A DNA stretch of 64,000 nt from NCBI RefSeq assembly GCF_009914755.1, contig NC_060946.1; one strand, given 5' to 3'. This document shows, in pieces, positions 31,050 through 46,790 of this stretch; position 1 is the first letter of the stretch, and each line of letters opens with the position of its first letter. Made by a program: the position numbers and the translations under genes. The stretch is from the human T2T-CHM13v2.0 reference genome, Homo sapiens. Under the pieces are notes generated by a model. It saw only the letters and a list, made by a program, of their open reading frames with translations. It searched no databases and was not told the DNA's origin.

Positions 31050-31740
31050 TAGGTCATTCATTCATTATTCATTCAACATTTACTAAGTGACTGCTGTATG
31101 CCAGAGGCTGGGCTATGCTGTAAAGTCACAAAGAAGATACTTCTCAGTTGGGAGAGCTTACAGCTTGAGAGAGAAGACACACAAGCAAACAAATCATTAC
31201 AAATGCCTTTCCATTGGGTGCCATACTTGAAATGAGAAGATGAGGCCAGGGTACCCTTGGGGCAGAAGGGAGGGAGGATTAAGCTCAGGGAACAGCTTTA
31301 CAGAGAAGGTAACATTTGCACCATATTAAAGGATGGCAAGAATTGAGGAGTACAAAAAGGAGAATAGTCCAAGAAGAAACACTCAGGGATGATTTGCACA
31401 TTGTAAATTTAGGTAACCTTACATGCCTTACATGGGGCTGCTGTGACTGAGGCACAGGGTCAAGGAAGGGAGCAGAGTCATAAAGCTACCCAGGTCAGCC
31501 AAGGCCAGGCTAGGAGGCCTGAGCTTTATCCTGCAGGTGTGCAGAGCCAGAGGAGAGTGCAAGAAGAGACATGGCACAGTCTGATCTGTTTTGCACAAAT
31601 CACTCTGGAAGCAATGAGGAGGGGAGAATGGAGGTATTTGAGCCTAGAGTCAGGAAGGAGAAGTAGGATGCCAGGGTTGTGGGGAAAGACGATAAAGCCC
31701 ACACAAAGGAGGGCTGATGGAAAGATGGAAATCAATTTCA
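31050..31740 (-). mobile_element. L2 fragment
   Basis: Begins tcattcattcattattcattcaacatttactaagt (antisense L2 3' end). Confidence 0.6.
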
Positions 31741-32082
<342 letters not shown>

Positions 32083-33408
32083 TTAGTGGAAGATACCAGA
32101 TTTGAGAAAGGGGAGGAAAAGACACGGAGGAGTCCAGAAGAAATTTCCAGATTTCTGGCCTGGATAACTGTGAGGGCAGTGGTGCCAGATAGTGCCAGAA
32201 TGAAATATATAGATTGGCACAAATCCATCTCTCAGAAATGCACCTCTGAGACATCTGTTCTGCTGAAGGTCAGTAGGGAAGGCCAACTTCATGTGCAAAG
32301 AGCAATATGTGTGTATTTCTTACTAGCTATTCTTTTTAAAATACTTCTTAATATATGGGACATACATGAGCTAAGATAGTATTCATGCAGGAGGTTTCAT
32401 TTTTCATTTTCTGGCAATTGTGTTTTCAAATATGAGATGCTAGCATTATTTCAGTTATCTATGCCTAGCATAGTATATATCTACGGTTCAAGATTATTAA
32501 TTGTCTCCCCTGCCTCCCCACTAGAAGGTAAGCTTTCTGAAGCCAGGGATTTTGTCTCTTTTGTCCTCATCTCCATTCCTAGCCCTTAAAACTAAGTTTG
32601 ACTCCCAATTATCGAGTAAATGATTGAATTTCCATCTGAGTAAAAAGAAACAGTCATTTCCTTTACTAATGAGGAAAGAAAAGGAAAACAACAAACAAAT
32701 CTGGACTTAAAACAGTTTTTACAAAAAGATCCAATTTGCAAAAATGGAACTGAAGTTTAAAAGCTACTTTTCTCCCTGCAGCTCTACTTCTGGGAAAGTC
32801 ACAGCTGCCAGCTTAGATGGTGGTTTTCACTGCCCGGTTACAAATTCTGCACAGTTGTACATATTGGCAGGGCTCAGCTTCCTTAAATGCCATTGGATCA
32901 GTAGGGAAATGGTGATTTTCCTTATTGATTTAATGCCAGTTCCTCTTTTATGAAAAATCCCACGTGCTGCTCACTGGCGTATGTACCATAAAAACTGAAC
33001 GTAGGGGGCCAGAAATTAAGTAAGTCACTCATGTTCTTCTCCAGCCATGTGACGTTAAACCATCTCTACTTTCAGGCTGGAGTGTTCAATCATTCTCCCT
33101 TTAAATTTAGCAGAGTGATTATTCCTCCTGGTGGATTGCACATATGCTCCTTTGATCTATGAAATACTCATTCTGGATGAACTTTAAGCTCCCAGGAAAT
33201 GCATGTAAAATACTGTTTATAAATCGCGGGAGAAATGTTTCACATTCTTATTACTCCCAAGTAATCATACCAAGCCTCTCTCTCCAAGATTCGCTTTTTT
33301 TCCTAGAAGAGGGAAAAAGAACTTCGGGCAGTAGCACTGTGACAATCATCACCACGGTCGTACTTTCCATGAGTTTTACGCAGTAGGCTCACGGAAGTGA
33401 CAATGCAT

Positions 33409-33702
33409 GGTCGGGCGCGGTGGCTCATGCCTGTAATCCCAACACTTCGGGAGGCCGAAGTGGGTGGATCAACTGAGGTCAGGAGTTCAAGACCACCCTG
33501 GCCAACATAGTGAAACCCTATCTCTACTAAAAATACAAAAGATTAGCCGGACGTGGTGGTGGGCGCCTGCAATCCTAGCTACTCGGGAGGCTGAGGCAGG
33601 ATAATCACTTCAACCCGGGCGGCGGAGGTTGCAGTGAGCCAAGATTATACCACTACACTCTAGCCTGGGTGACAAAACGAGACTCCGTCTCAAAAAAAAA
33701 AA
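33409..33702 (+). mobile_element. AluS
   Basis: Full dimer; TSD gaagtgacaatg. Confidence 0.93.
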
Positions 33703-34899
33703 GAAGTGACAATGTAGGATACCCATTCATCAGCAAATATTTAATGTGAGCAGGACAATGTGCTAAGTCCATAGACTGCAAAGAGGAGTGAGGCTGGGTT
33801 CCCATCCTCTGGGGCTTACAAGGTAGCTGGAGAAGTAAAACTCAAACCACAAAGTGAAGTTAATAGTCACCAATGAACAACATAGTAAGCTCTGCACTGG
33901 TTCAGAAGAGGACAGGAGTAACAAGACAGTAATCCTAAAGGAGATGGACTTGAATTTGAGCTGGACCTGAAGAGTCAGGAGCTAGAGTGAGTAAAGGCAG
34001 AGTGGTGGGAACATTTGTGAATCAAAGCTCAGGTGGGGGTTACGGCAGGCAGGGTGGGGATAGACTGAGGATGACTTTGAATGCCATGCCACTCTAAGGA
34101 CTTTGGACTTGACTCTACAAGCAAGGTGGAATTATTAAGAGATTTTGAGTAGAAATGATGTGAGCTGAACAGTGCTTTTGAGAAACTAAATCTAGCAGGG
34201 ATCAGTGCTCCAAATTAATTGGACATGTTTCAGACTTGAGATCATGAGACCCTGACCCAGGCTGGGGACAATGGGATGTCTCCATCATACATTACATTCC
34301 TGTGAATACTTCTTACAGATTCATATGAAATTCTGCCTCAATGTGCCTACTGTCTCTGCACTGTAAGACAGTGATATTGTGATCCTGTGTGCTGCTTGGA
34401 ACCAGCCTCATTCCTTTAGCACCCCAGTTTGGACTTGGAGTGGGCCCAAGTGCAGCCTGTACACAAACCTCAAAGAATCCAGGCAGCATAGATGTAAAAG
34501 CTTGGAGCCCTCCAAGTCCACCTCCTCAACTTACCAAGAAATAAGCTAACTCTTGCTCATCTCCCTAATGACGGATTCAGCATGTGGCCTCAGATCTTCC
34601 TGTGCTCCAGCAGTGCTTCTGAGGCCAGTCCAAATTCTGCTTTGAGGTGTGCGTGTGCCAATTGTGGTGCAATCCAGAAGCATTTTGGACGAATGAAGGA
34701 GCTGTTTGTGTTTTCTTGCCCTAATTGAGATAGTTGAAGCTCCTCTCCCTTACTCTACACCAAGCCCCCCAGATCCGGTACCTCCCTGAGTCCCCGACTT
34801 CATCTCTGCCTTGCTTCTTTTCCACAACACCCTATCAGTTCTTGCATCCTGCCATTGGTTGTGCTGTCCTCATTATCTGAAGCCTTTACCTCCCCTCTT

Positions 34900-35170
34900 A
34901 GGCCTCATCACCTCCAGGAGACTCTCCATGGCCTCAGCCCCTCCCTTAGGTGGACCAAGCTTCCTCCTTGGAGCTCCATGCTACCCTGCATAGGGCTCAG
35001 TCACTTTGCCTCCATGATGTCTTGCAATTGTCTATTTATATGTCTGCCTCCTGTCCTTCAACTGTGAGCTCCCTGAGGAAAGGAACTGTGGGTATGCATC
35101 ATTGAATACTCAGCATCTAGCACGGTGCCTGGTACACACTAGGTATTGAAATGTCTGATAAATGAATGAC
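34900..35170 (+). mobile_element. L2 3' end
   Basis: actgtgagctccctgagg...gcatctagcacggtgcctggtacac...aaatgaatga. Confidence 0.7.
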
Positions 35171-35529
35171 AGTTGCATATTTGTCTTTTTGGTATATTCA
35201 TTCATTTGGTAAATATTTATTGAGTAATTACTTATAATTGAATTGGCGCTGTGTAGTTACACTTAAACATCAAAATGAGCCTATCCTCTCAAGCTCCAAA
35301 TTATGCATGCATAAATTATACATGTGAAGTGTTAACATGCACACGCAGCAGAGAGTGTGCGTATCTACAAATACCAGAGCTAGCAAATGAAATAAACTGT
35401 GTGCCAGATGTCCCTGAAATTTACAAAGAACCAAGAACCAAAAATGACAGTTAGCTCCGTAAGCCCAACAAAAGAAAAAAAAAAAAAAAAGGAAAAGAGC
35501 AAAAAAGCAAAAGAACAAAAGAACCTTGA

Positions 35530-35843
35530 GCATAAGGAAGTGGCTATGGTTTTTTCTACATGCTCTAGCTGGGGGTGGGGAAAAGTCATAAAAGCATTCT
35601 ATGCTGGACCGGTTCGTGTTAAGTCTGAGTTCCTCAATCGCTGGCTCTCAGGAGCTGTTTGGAAAATTCGTTGCCATGCATGAGTCGGGGGATTGGTTTT
35701 TTTTCCACTGGAAATTGTTAATGGGGACTGCATTAGCGGCCCCTTATCGCTTTGCCTGATAGAGAGACAGCAGGTTCGCCCAAACAATTCTGGAACCCTG
35801 ATCACTGCCAATTAGGGGAGTATTGTCTGGCTGACATAATCAA
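35530..35843 (+). promoter_or_regulatory. GRAP2: Candidate internal GRAP2 promoter plus alternative non-coding first exon
   Basis: ETS AGGAAGTG (35535-35542); TATA-like CATAAAAG (35587-35594); GATA motifs CTTATC (35743-35748) and TGATAG (35757-35762); retained CpGs; donor CAA|GTAAGT at 35841-35849. Confidence 0.55.
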
Positions 35844-38119
35844 GTAAGTATAAATATATTTATCGTGATTGGAATGGGGAAGGGAGACTGCAGAAAGATT
35901 GAGGCAGAAGCTGCCACCCACTGCCTGGCTCCAGCCTGGATCCAGCCCAGTTTGTCACCCTGTGCTCAGCAGAGGCGGTCACTGGCTTTCTGAGGTGGAA
36001 TGCACAGTTGAGAATTCAGGACTAGAATTGCTTCTCCCAGAGAGAAACTTGTCTCTTCTCATTTTTCCTCCCCTCTTCTTCTCTTTTTTTCATGCTCACT
36101 TCTGTGAGAGCTGAAAAGAGAAGAAAAAGCAGATGCCACGTTGATCACGTTTTAATTCTGCCCCCCCGGCCATGCTATCCCCACTTACCTTCTCTGTAGT
36201 GGAAAGTGATGGTGAGGCACAGTGCCCTGACTGGACCTCCCATCCTCTCGGCCCGCCGGCATGTGCAAGTTGGTCTGGCATTGGGTTTATTTCATTGTTG
36301 ATTTGTGGAGCTTTTTGGGAATACCTGTGATGTGAATCAGCCCTGGGATTGAAAGACCCTGAAAAAACAGTCCCTTGCAGTGGGCTAGTGACGGGAGGAA
36401 TTGCTCACATTTAAACAGCTGAAAAGCAGACATGTTTAAGTCACATCTGGTGGCATTCCTGTTGTCTGAATGGAGAGCAAGGTCTTTTTAAGCATCTGCC
36501 CAGATTTCAAAATGCAGGCTGCATCTTTTCTTCCTCAAACAAATGGTCAGGATCGGATATGAATGGCCTAATCGCATCGGGAGAGGTAAACAAAACTGAT
36601 CTCATGGCTGGATTTCAACCTTGGTCCATCCAGGCCCAATCGATCTAAGGCATGACTTTTTTTTTTCCTCTCACCCATGACTACTTGATAATGGCCATTT
36701 CCGGGGCCAAGTTCATTTCGGCTCTTTTCCACCATCCCCCGTGTGCTGCCCTGTCTCACCACTTGAGGGCTGAGGCCCCTTCCCAATGGCTACAACAGGG
36801 TAAGGGGACCCTGTCCTTCTGTCTCCTTCATCCTATAGTTTGTCTTCACAGCTGCAAATTGCTCTCAGGCCTGCCTTCCTGGATTTGACAAAAACTATTT
36901 TCTTACTGGTACTATGGATACCACAAGTGGAGATGTAAGTAGGAAGGTGCAGGTCCACAAATAAATAGGGAGCCCAGATGGGAGAAATGTCATTAGAGAG
37001 ATCACTGTCCCTAAAGGCATCTGACCACCCATGTTCCTGCCTCTTTCTGCGACCATTTTCCTCCTTCGGCTGCTCAGAAATTGTCGAGGCCAAACTCCTT
37101 TCACCCAGATTCCAGAAATACACTTATTTCCTTTGCTTTCCAAATCTTAATGGATGAAACACCTCTTTTTTTTTGTCTTCTATCTCTTGCCAGAAATATT
37201 GTTTTTTGAGAACCAGAGCTCATTTATCTCCAAGGGAGAAAGAAATTCATTCCATGTTTACCCATTAACAAATTACCACTTACATGAAAATACTGGGACT
37301 TCTCTCATTCTTTGCTAATAAATGGGTTATTCACCTTGGTTGAACCATGGCAGAGGCAGATGGATAGCCACTATTCCCTTCAAGTTGGCTTAATATTCTC
37401 TCGTTGGCTTTTGTCTCCTTGAAGCACAGAGATTTCTCAGAGCTTTCTTTGCTTGATTCTGCTTTTAAGGAACGTGCCCAACTTATTTGAGTCTGTTTGT
37501 TTAGTAAGCTGAATTGATTAAATCCCTGGCATTTATGGAGGAGCCTACTGTGTTGGGTGCTATGGGTTCCTCCCCACTTGAAAGTTGAATTGGAGTCACC
37601 CATCTGAATACTAACTCCCTCCTAATCCATTGGTTTTCCTGCTGTGTAGACAGGGGTATGAAGTAGCCATTTACCAAGAGATAGTGCGATGTCATAAACC
37701 GAACATGAGTTCTAAAGTTAGCAAGACCTGGTTTGTACAGTAGTGCAGGCTTGGGCACGTTGCTGCTCTCTTTTGAGTCACACATTCCTCATTATAGATG
37801 CTGATGGGAACAACAGAGCTGTCTGTTCATCTTTGCTCTTCTCCATAATGAGATAAAGCCAAACAGACAGTGAAGAGCCTGGTCTAACCACATAACGTTG
37901 GTGCAAATTATATATGGTCATAAGAAGGTAATTTTTACCTGAGCATTTAGGTGGCATTTGGTGTGGTATTTGATGCATGTCATTTAGTTACAGAGATAAA
38001 ACCTCCTGAACACACATAAAGCTCTTGGCCTGGTTGAACATTACATCTCACAGATTTTTATGTTTTTTACTAAGGATACTTCCTGCTAGGAAGTTGTAAA
38101 AGAGAAGATGGAAGTCTTT

Positions 38120-38245
38120 TTAATGGTATTGTAGCAATATCAGTTTCCTAGCTTTGATACTGTACTATGGTGATGTAAGATGTCCCCATTAGGGGAAGTG
38201 GGGTGAAGAGTACAGGGGACCTCTGTACTATTTTTGCAATTTCCT
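38120..38245 (+). mobile_element. Ancient L1M 3'UTR fragment
   Basis: tgtactatggtgatgtaagatgt...ggggtgaagagtacaggggacctctgtactatttttgcaattt. Confidence 0.65.
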
Positions 38246-38459
38246 GAGAGACAGAGGGAAAGAGAGAAAGAGAGAGAGAGAGGAGGGAATGAGTGGAGTG
38301 ACATGAAAAAGGAGTGTTCATCTTGGCTTATGTCCCTGGCTGGACAAATATTTACATTTTGTTTGCCTCTTTGTATAGATTTTGTGAATAGTCATGGTTA
38401 AAAGCTAGCATTCCCTTTTCTGTGGAAGAGAAGAAAGATAATAGAATGAGCTGAGAATC

Positions 38460-40160
38460 CCTGCCAACATTATATTAGAAAGCCACCTACTTCCTGCCTC
38501 TCCTCACCCTCCTTACCTATACAAACTTACCTTCTGCATCTTTGTCCTCCTTCTTTCCCATTCAAAGGGGAGATGCGTCTCCTGCTGAACAAATGAACTC
38601 CTCCGCATGACCAAGGTGTCCCATCCCTCCCTGCTGTCTCCAAAGGTTCAGTCCTGCTACATAATCTCTCTAGGTGAATTCCTTCTTACTCAGGGTTTTC
38701 ACAATCATCTATATTGGAATAGCACCCAAATTAATAGCTCTACCCAGACTTTTTTATTGAGTTCTATACCTGCATAGCCAATCCTTGACTGGGAGTCTCT
38801 ACATAGATCATTCACAAGCATTTCAAACACCCCTTTAATTATCTCCTCTTTCTGTATTCCCTTATCTCAGAAAATGCTACCAACATCTACCCTAATGCCC
38901 CCAGCAGGAACTCAAGAGTCGTTCTAGACCTATGCTGTCCCAAGTACTTCAATGTGGCTTGTCCAAATTGAAATGTGCTGTAAGTGTAAAATACACACCA
39001 GATTTCAAAGACTTAGTTTGGAAAAAATAATGCAAAGTATCTCAATAATATTTTATATTGATTTCAAATTGAAATGATAATATTTTGGACATATTGGGTT
39101 AAATAAGTTATTAAAAATAATTTTCTTTTACTTTTTAAAGTGCCACCAAAATATTTAAAATGGCATAATGGCTGGCATTTGTGACTTGCATTCTATTTCT
39201 ATTGGATAACACCATTCTAGACTCTTTTCTGTCTTTTAGCCCCCTTCCAACTGGTCATAATTCACAGTGATTCCCTTGAGTTAAGACAAGGGAGAATACT
39301 GTTTAAGTGCACAGGCTGAGTTTGAATCCTGGCTCCACCATTTTTTGATACATATGAACTTGGGTGATTATTTAACCCCTTTGAGCTTCACTTTCCTCAT
39401 CTGTCAGCTGGATACAATAGCAGTTCTTATTTTGAGATTCTTGCATGCTTTAAATGAGATAATGTGTAAAGTACTTACTATGGAGATAAAAACATGTGGA
39501 AAGACCCAGTGTCAAAAGAAAGAGCATGATCTGTCACTGTTGTAGTTCAGGCCCTCATCATTACTAGCCAAGACTACTGCGATGCTTTCTCCATCTTCGG
39601 TTCACCCTGCCCTCCATTCCTTCATACTGCCATCTGATTAAACATTCCTGAATGCAAATGTTTTCAAATGTCCAATGACTTCCCATCATCCTTGGTATGA
39701 AGTCCTAAGTCCCTGGCATGCTTTCAATGTCCTCCATGATCTGCCCCCAGTCCAATCACTGATCCCATCTCCTGCCAGTCCATGATTGAACCAGTTGGGT
39801 CCCCAACTCCTATTTGCACACACCATTCTCTCTGTGTGTCATATATGAGCTCTCTACTCTGCCTAGCTACTTGTCTGCAAGACTCAGTTCAATTGTCACC
39901 TCATTTGGGAAGCTTCCACTAATCCCTCCTGCACCTGTCTCCGTCCTAGGCTAGATTAGGAGCCTGCCCTTTGGGTTCCTGAACCACTTGAGGTGTGGTT
40001 CCTTTATCATGCTGATCTCACTGGTTTGGCTGACTTGTTTTTCCTACAAGACTGAACTGTCTGAGGTCTTAAGATGGGCTGTCTAGTCCACACTGGATCT
40101 TCATGCTCTACACAGGGCTTGACACAGAGTGGGGCACAGGAAATGTTTGTTGAACGAATA
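38460..40160 (+). mobile_element. L2 fragments interrupted by MER33-like and MIR elements
   Basis: Pyrimidine-rich L2 motifs ending ggaaatgtttgttgaacgaat. Confidence 0.55.
38924..39221. mobile_element. MER33/MER3-family hAT element
   Basis: gtccaaattgaaatgtgctgtaagtgtaaaatacacaccagatttcaaagacttagt...ttctattggata; ttctagac on both sides. Confidence 0.8.
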
Positions 40161-41234
40161 CACAAAGCATATGGATACTCCTGAGAGAGAGAAGGTGGGC
40201 AAGACAGCCTTGTGAAGTTAAGCAGCAGAAAATCTGAAAACGAACCTGGATAGAAATCACCAATTCCTGGAAGTACAGAGAGAGGAAGGAGAGAGAAGAA
40301 TCTGTGCAAGGAGTCAGTAATGGAGGACTTGAAATGAAAGGCTATTAAAGAGAGAAGATCATTCAAACAACAGAACCACATTTGGTACTGTTGGTGGTTT
40401 TGTAACTTCCTCTGAAATGGTTCCAGGAAGAGACAAGGTTCTAGGATGGTGCAAATCATATAAAGAAAGGATGGGGTATTATAAGCCAATTCAAGGATTA
40501 TTTGTCATCAGGACTAGATACATGGGTGGTACAAGTAAATGTCAACCTGATGACTACACGATGGGACTAGTAATAATTTACTGGGGCTGGTGCCCAGGAA
40601 ATTTTTTGCTGTGGTGCAGATGCCAAGCATGGAAAAATTTGACGAGTTATAGGCATGAGAAAGTAGATGGCGAATTTGAGAGTAACAATGTAAAATGCCA
40701 GAGTAATCACAAGAGAAATGTCTGAATATGTAAGAGAGTTTAGAAGATTTCTGCTTTACCACAAATACGGACTTCAAGAAAAATTCCCTTATAAGAACAG
40801 AAATTCCAATATATAAAACTTATTTATCAAAACACACAGTATTCCATAATATATAATGGTAAAAGCATGCCTTTTGACCCACACAATATTAAAAGCAGCA
40901 AATAACACAAGAAAGGTAGAGAAAACAGAAGGTACAACATTTTGTGGCTCACAGGATATATGAGTGAGATTATATACTTCTATTCCAAACCACAACCTTC
41001 ACTAGAACATCTAAAGGCTTCATTCTAGAACCTTCATACTGCTTATCCCAAAGGCTAGCCCACTCCCCGGTTTTCATGTAAGAAATCTTGTGGGACAGGC
41101 GTTGCATGAGGTGAGGGGCAGCAGGGAAATTCGAGATGAAAGGGTGAAAAGATCAAACGAGTCCTTGCTATTCTTCTTAACAATGCTTCAGTCCACCACT
41201 TTGAGATTTCTGTGGAGAAAGTAAAGATTTGGGA

Positions 41235-41317
41235 TATACATATACTAAAACAACTATTGGTTGCTTATCTGAAAATTAACTTTAGCTGGGCATTCTGTAT
41301 TTTATCTGACAACCCTA
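41235..41317. mobile_element. MER53 half element
   Basis: ttatctgaaaattaactttagctgggcattctgtattttatctgacaacccta. Confidence 0.65.
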
Positions 41318-41418
41318 CTTGGTGAGGTGTACATTTTCTTATTCATACTTCCTGCGAGCCACAACATGTCTTAATAGTTGTTAGCTATTAAGGACTATGC
41401 ATAAAAGTGACAATAGCT

Positions 41419-41734
<316 letters not shown>

Positions 41735-41975
41735 CTAACAACTATTGAATTATTGAGTGCCTACTATGTGCCAGACACCATACTAAGTGGATTAGATGGA
41801 TATTCCACATATTCTTCCCAAGAACATTATGAGGCAGGCACTATTATCATCCCTGTTTTTAAAATGAGGAAACTGAGGCTCAGAGATGTTAAATAACTTG
41901 CTAAGGGTCACTCAGAAAACTAGTAGTAGAGAAGGGTTTGAATGCTGGCAGCCTGACTCCAAGGCTCATGTGCTT
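41735..41975 (-). mobile_element. MIR
   Basis: tattgagtgcctactatgtgccagac...atgaggaaactgaggctcagaga. Confidence 0.8.
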
Positions 41976-42549
41976 GCCTACCTTACCCAGATGGCGGCAG
42001 CACTGAGCAAGGGGTAGATAACTTCAAGTCCCCTGGAAGAATAAGAGAAAGTGAGACCATGGGGTATGAGGGGGGCAGGCCCTGAGTAAAGCTTTAAAGG
42101 AGCAGTTGAAATTAGACCCGGTGCCTTTGTTTAAGTAAGAAGAATGTGCTAGTTCTAAACAGATGCAGCCCCATACTGGGACTCACAGCTTGATGAGAAG
42201 CGCACTGGATGCATTTCAGCCCTTACTGCAACCTCAGCCTGAGGCCTTTATGCAGTGAGCAACCTGCACAACCATACATAGCAATGTGAGTTTGATGGGA
42301 GAAGGAAGACCAGTGCAGAGACAAGGATGTCGATGGAGTGCTTAGAGAACAAAGGGAAGCTATTTACTAAAGCATGTTTGCATGGTGCAGGTGATTTTCT
42401 AAAGTTAATTTTGACAGACAGGATGGGGAAAGATTGTTGAAGGCCTGAAATGACAAGAGAGACTTGAGTGGATCTGGGAGGTCATGTGACAAACATGACA
42501 TTAACAAATTCTAAATGGAAAAAATGACCCTCAGAAAGTTGTGTGTCAA

Positions 42550-42855
42550 GGCCGGGTATGGTGGCTCACGTCTGTAATTCCAGCACTTTCGGAGGCCAAG
42601 GCAGGTGGATCATTAGAGGTCAGGAATTCAAGATGAGCCTGGCCAACATGGTGAAACTCCATCTCTAGTAAAAATACAAAAATTAGCCAGGCGTGGTGGC
42701 GGGCACCTGTAATCCCAGCTCCTCAGGAGGCTGAGGCAGGAGAATCTCTTGAGCCTGGGAGGCGAATGTTTCAGTGAGCCAAGATTGCGCCACTGCACTC
42801 CAACCTGAGCAACAGAGCGAGACCCTGTCTCGAAAAAAAAAAAAAGAAAAGAAAG
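42550..42855 (+). mobile_element. AluS
   Basis: Full dimer; TSD agaaagttgtgtgtcaa. Confidence 0.93.
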
Positions 42856-43159
42856 AAAGTTGTGTGTCAAAAGCTTCAACACACAGGGGCCTTTGCTCTG
42901 TCAAGCAAGGAGAATAGGGTGGAGGAGGAACAGGAACACAGTAGCTAAGGTGACAGCTGCCTCACAAAAGGAAAGTCTATGGCTTGCAAAAGAGGTCGAG
43001 GAAAGCGGAAAAGCAATTGCCGAAGAGGGACAGTAAGTGAAAAGATGAGTTTCTTCCACTTGGCATCTCCCCAAATATGGCCCTGAAGGAAGAGTTGACC
43101 CTGTTACGGTTTCTTTCTTTTTCCTGTGGGGTTATTAGAGTGACATATAAGAAAAGGGC

Positions 43160-44135
<976 letters not shown>

Positions 44136-46639
44136 ATGGGAATTTGGGATTTGTGATTCTCATTTTCTGTTTCTTTTGTTCGTTCATTCTTTCTTTCATT
44201 CTTTCTTTTTCTTTCTTGTTGTGGTTCTTAGCACAGAATTCAGATGAAAGAGCTTTTGATTCAACGTAAACAATTCACCAAGCTGTCAGCTCACTCCAAT
44301 CCCAGCCGTCCCCGATGCCCATTGTCTATCATCTCAATGAATTAGGGAAAAAGACTGACTTTCTGGGCCACTTCCAACTTTGAGAATCTAGGATAGGGGC
44401 ACTATTTAATCAAAACTGGCAAGTAAAAAGAAAGAGAACTATTTTAAACAAGACAAATACAAGAGGTGTTGAACCAAACTCAAATTAGAAAGAACAAAAT
44501 TTCCCAAAAATAAGAATATTATAATTCATTTGATGAAAGGAATTTGCCATATTATCCCTTTTACTGGCATTTTTTTAGTACCTTTACTTGTAAAAATGTC
44601 AGGCCCTCCCACTTTTCTGGGATAGACTTATCGAATGAAGCAAGGGGAGCTTCTCTATGGATAGATGATCACTTTTGCAAGCTTTGAGATCAGTGAGCTG
44701 AAAAAATGACCAGCATTCCAACAACAAATGAGGGCTTGGGAGCGTAAGTAAAAGTGACAGCAAGATTAAAGTAATTGTGGTCATGCCGTCCTCTGCTGAC
44801 ACTTTTGTGTTTTGCCCAGATGAGAATTAAGGTAGCCCAGGGCACAGGCAGTGAGGAAAAGGAGAGGGGCGCTGAGCGTATTTGCAGCATTTGTGAACCA
44901 TGTCACAGCCCTGGCGAAAACAGAGCAAGAAGATGGAGGCTTTCAAATCCATGATAAATAAGCCATGCTTTCAGAGCCCAAATCAGTAAAAACAAACATT
45001 AAGTGAACAGAAGGGAAGAGGGAAAAAAAGAGAACATGAGGCCACCATAAAATCCTGGTGATATATTCCAGGGGAAATCATGATGTGAATAGAAAATGAG
45101 AAGTAAAAGAAAATGAAGCCTGGAGATTTGTAAAATGTCTGTCTGTCTGTCTGTCTCTCTCGACTGTCATTCCCATCTACCCCTGCCACCCCCACCCCGC
45201 CCTCCACCCTTCTGATGGGGTTCATTAGATGATTTCTGATTCAGGGGTGGGGGGCGGTATTTTTAATGCTTCACTTATGTTTGGGTTTTGCCAGCAGGAT
45301 CCGAGGTGTTTCTGTAGACAATTGTTATTGCTTTAGGAAACAATAAGAATAAAATGAGGAAACATCAAGTGATACATCAGTCTAGCAGCAGAGTGAGGCT
45401 CGAAGTAGCATTTCCAGCGAGGTTGGTGGTCTCTTTTTGCCTTATTTTTGTTGTTTTGGATTGATGTTTTCATGGTGTCATTTTAATAAGAAAAGTGTCA
45501 GAGAATTAAAAGTGGAAGTATGCGAGATACACTTTCTCTAACTGGATTCATGGTAAGTTATTAATGTTTCAAGGAGAAAGAAAAGAACTTGGAAAAAGCA
45601 GAATATATTGTGGGGAAAGTTGATGAAGGGAAAGGTAAGAGAACTGTGACAAATGAGACACAGACAGAAGGAGAGAGAGAGAAAGAGGAAGAGAGAGAGA
45701 CAGGGTGGTGGGGGGGACCGGCAGAAGAAAAGGAAAAGAGCGACAGTTTGTAAGTCTATTAGCTGAGATTGTTTCCATTTCTGCAATTGCCTTAAAGCGC
45801 ATGATTGCTTGGTCTGAGGTCTGCCAGGTCGATTGCAGTCTTTACCTCTTTGACCAAGAAGTAATGGGCTTGAATTTCCTGGGTATGTGAAAATTGCTCT
45901 TGAATGTTTTGGCTAAAGGACAGCCACCCAGGAAGGTTGAGAGGGCCTAAGCTAGTGAGCAGTCATCCTGACCAAGTAGGAGGGATTTGGTTATGTTGCT
46001 CGTAGCAGGAGAGGCAGAGCAGCAAAGTGAAGAGAACACACAGCCTTAGGTGCCAACAGACATGTACTGAAATCTCTTGCCTCCATTTCCCACCTCTAAA
46101 ATGCAAAGGATGATAGTAACAATAATAAATGTTGCAACGGGTGACCGATTATAAAGTTCTTGTCACCTGATAGACCATATCAATCCATGGTAACTTATTC
46201 TTAGCTGGTTCACGTTTCTAGGCATTGGCACAGTCTGGGTGGTGTGTGTCCCCTCAAAGGTAGCATCACAGTGACTGAGCTCTGCATAGATGGCAAAGTG
46301 TAGAAGCCTGGTCAGTTTTCTGTTTCTCCATCCACCATTTCTCCCCACTTCCCCTTGGTTAGTGCTGTCTTCTCTCTTTCCTCACTGAATTGTCTTGATT
46401 AGTGTCATACTTTCTGATAACACTGCAGCTAGGACTCCACAGGCAATAGGGAGAAGCTAGCGCCTGCCCAGGGAAAGTGAGGAAAAATAGGTGCTTGAGA
46501 GGCTGAAAAGTAGTATACGCTTGGTGGCCTTACACTTTGTAGAAACAGTTTTGGATTTGTCTCTACAAGAAAGGATTGTAGATAACCAGAATGCAAAAAT
46601 GCTTTGAAGAAAGAGACATTGAGCATTGGAACCAAGTAT

Positions 46640-46790
46640 TCTACGTCCTCTTCCCTGCAACACTGGGGACTAAGGATTATTATCTGCATTTCTGGTGAAG
46701 AAACTGAGGCACAGAGAAGATAAACTATGGTTCTCCGGCTACAAAGTAAGCAGCAGAGCCTAGAGTTTGAAGCCAGGTCTGACACCTAAG
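46640..46790 (-). mobile_element. MIR
   Basis: gaagaaactgaggcacagaga...gagtttgaagccaggtctgac. Confidence 0.65.

Noticed and set aside
40370-40780. Possible processed pseudogene or ancient element (ORFs on both strands)
   Set aside because: No recognisable protein, polyA or TSD; could not be assigned without a database search
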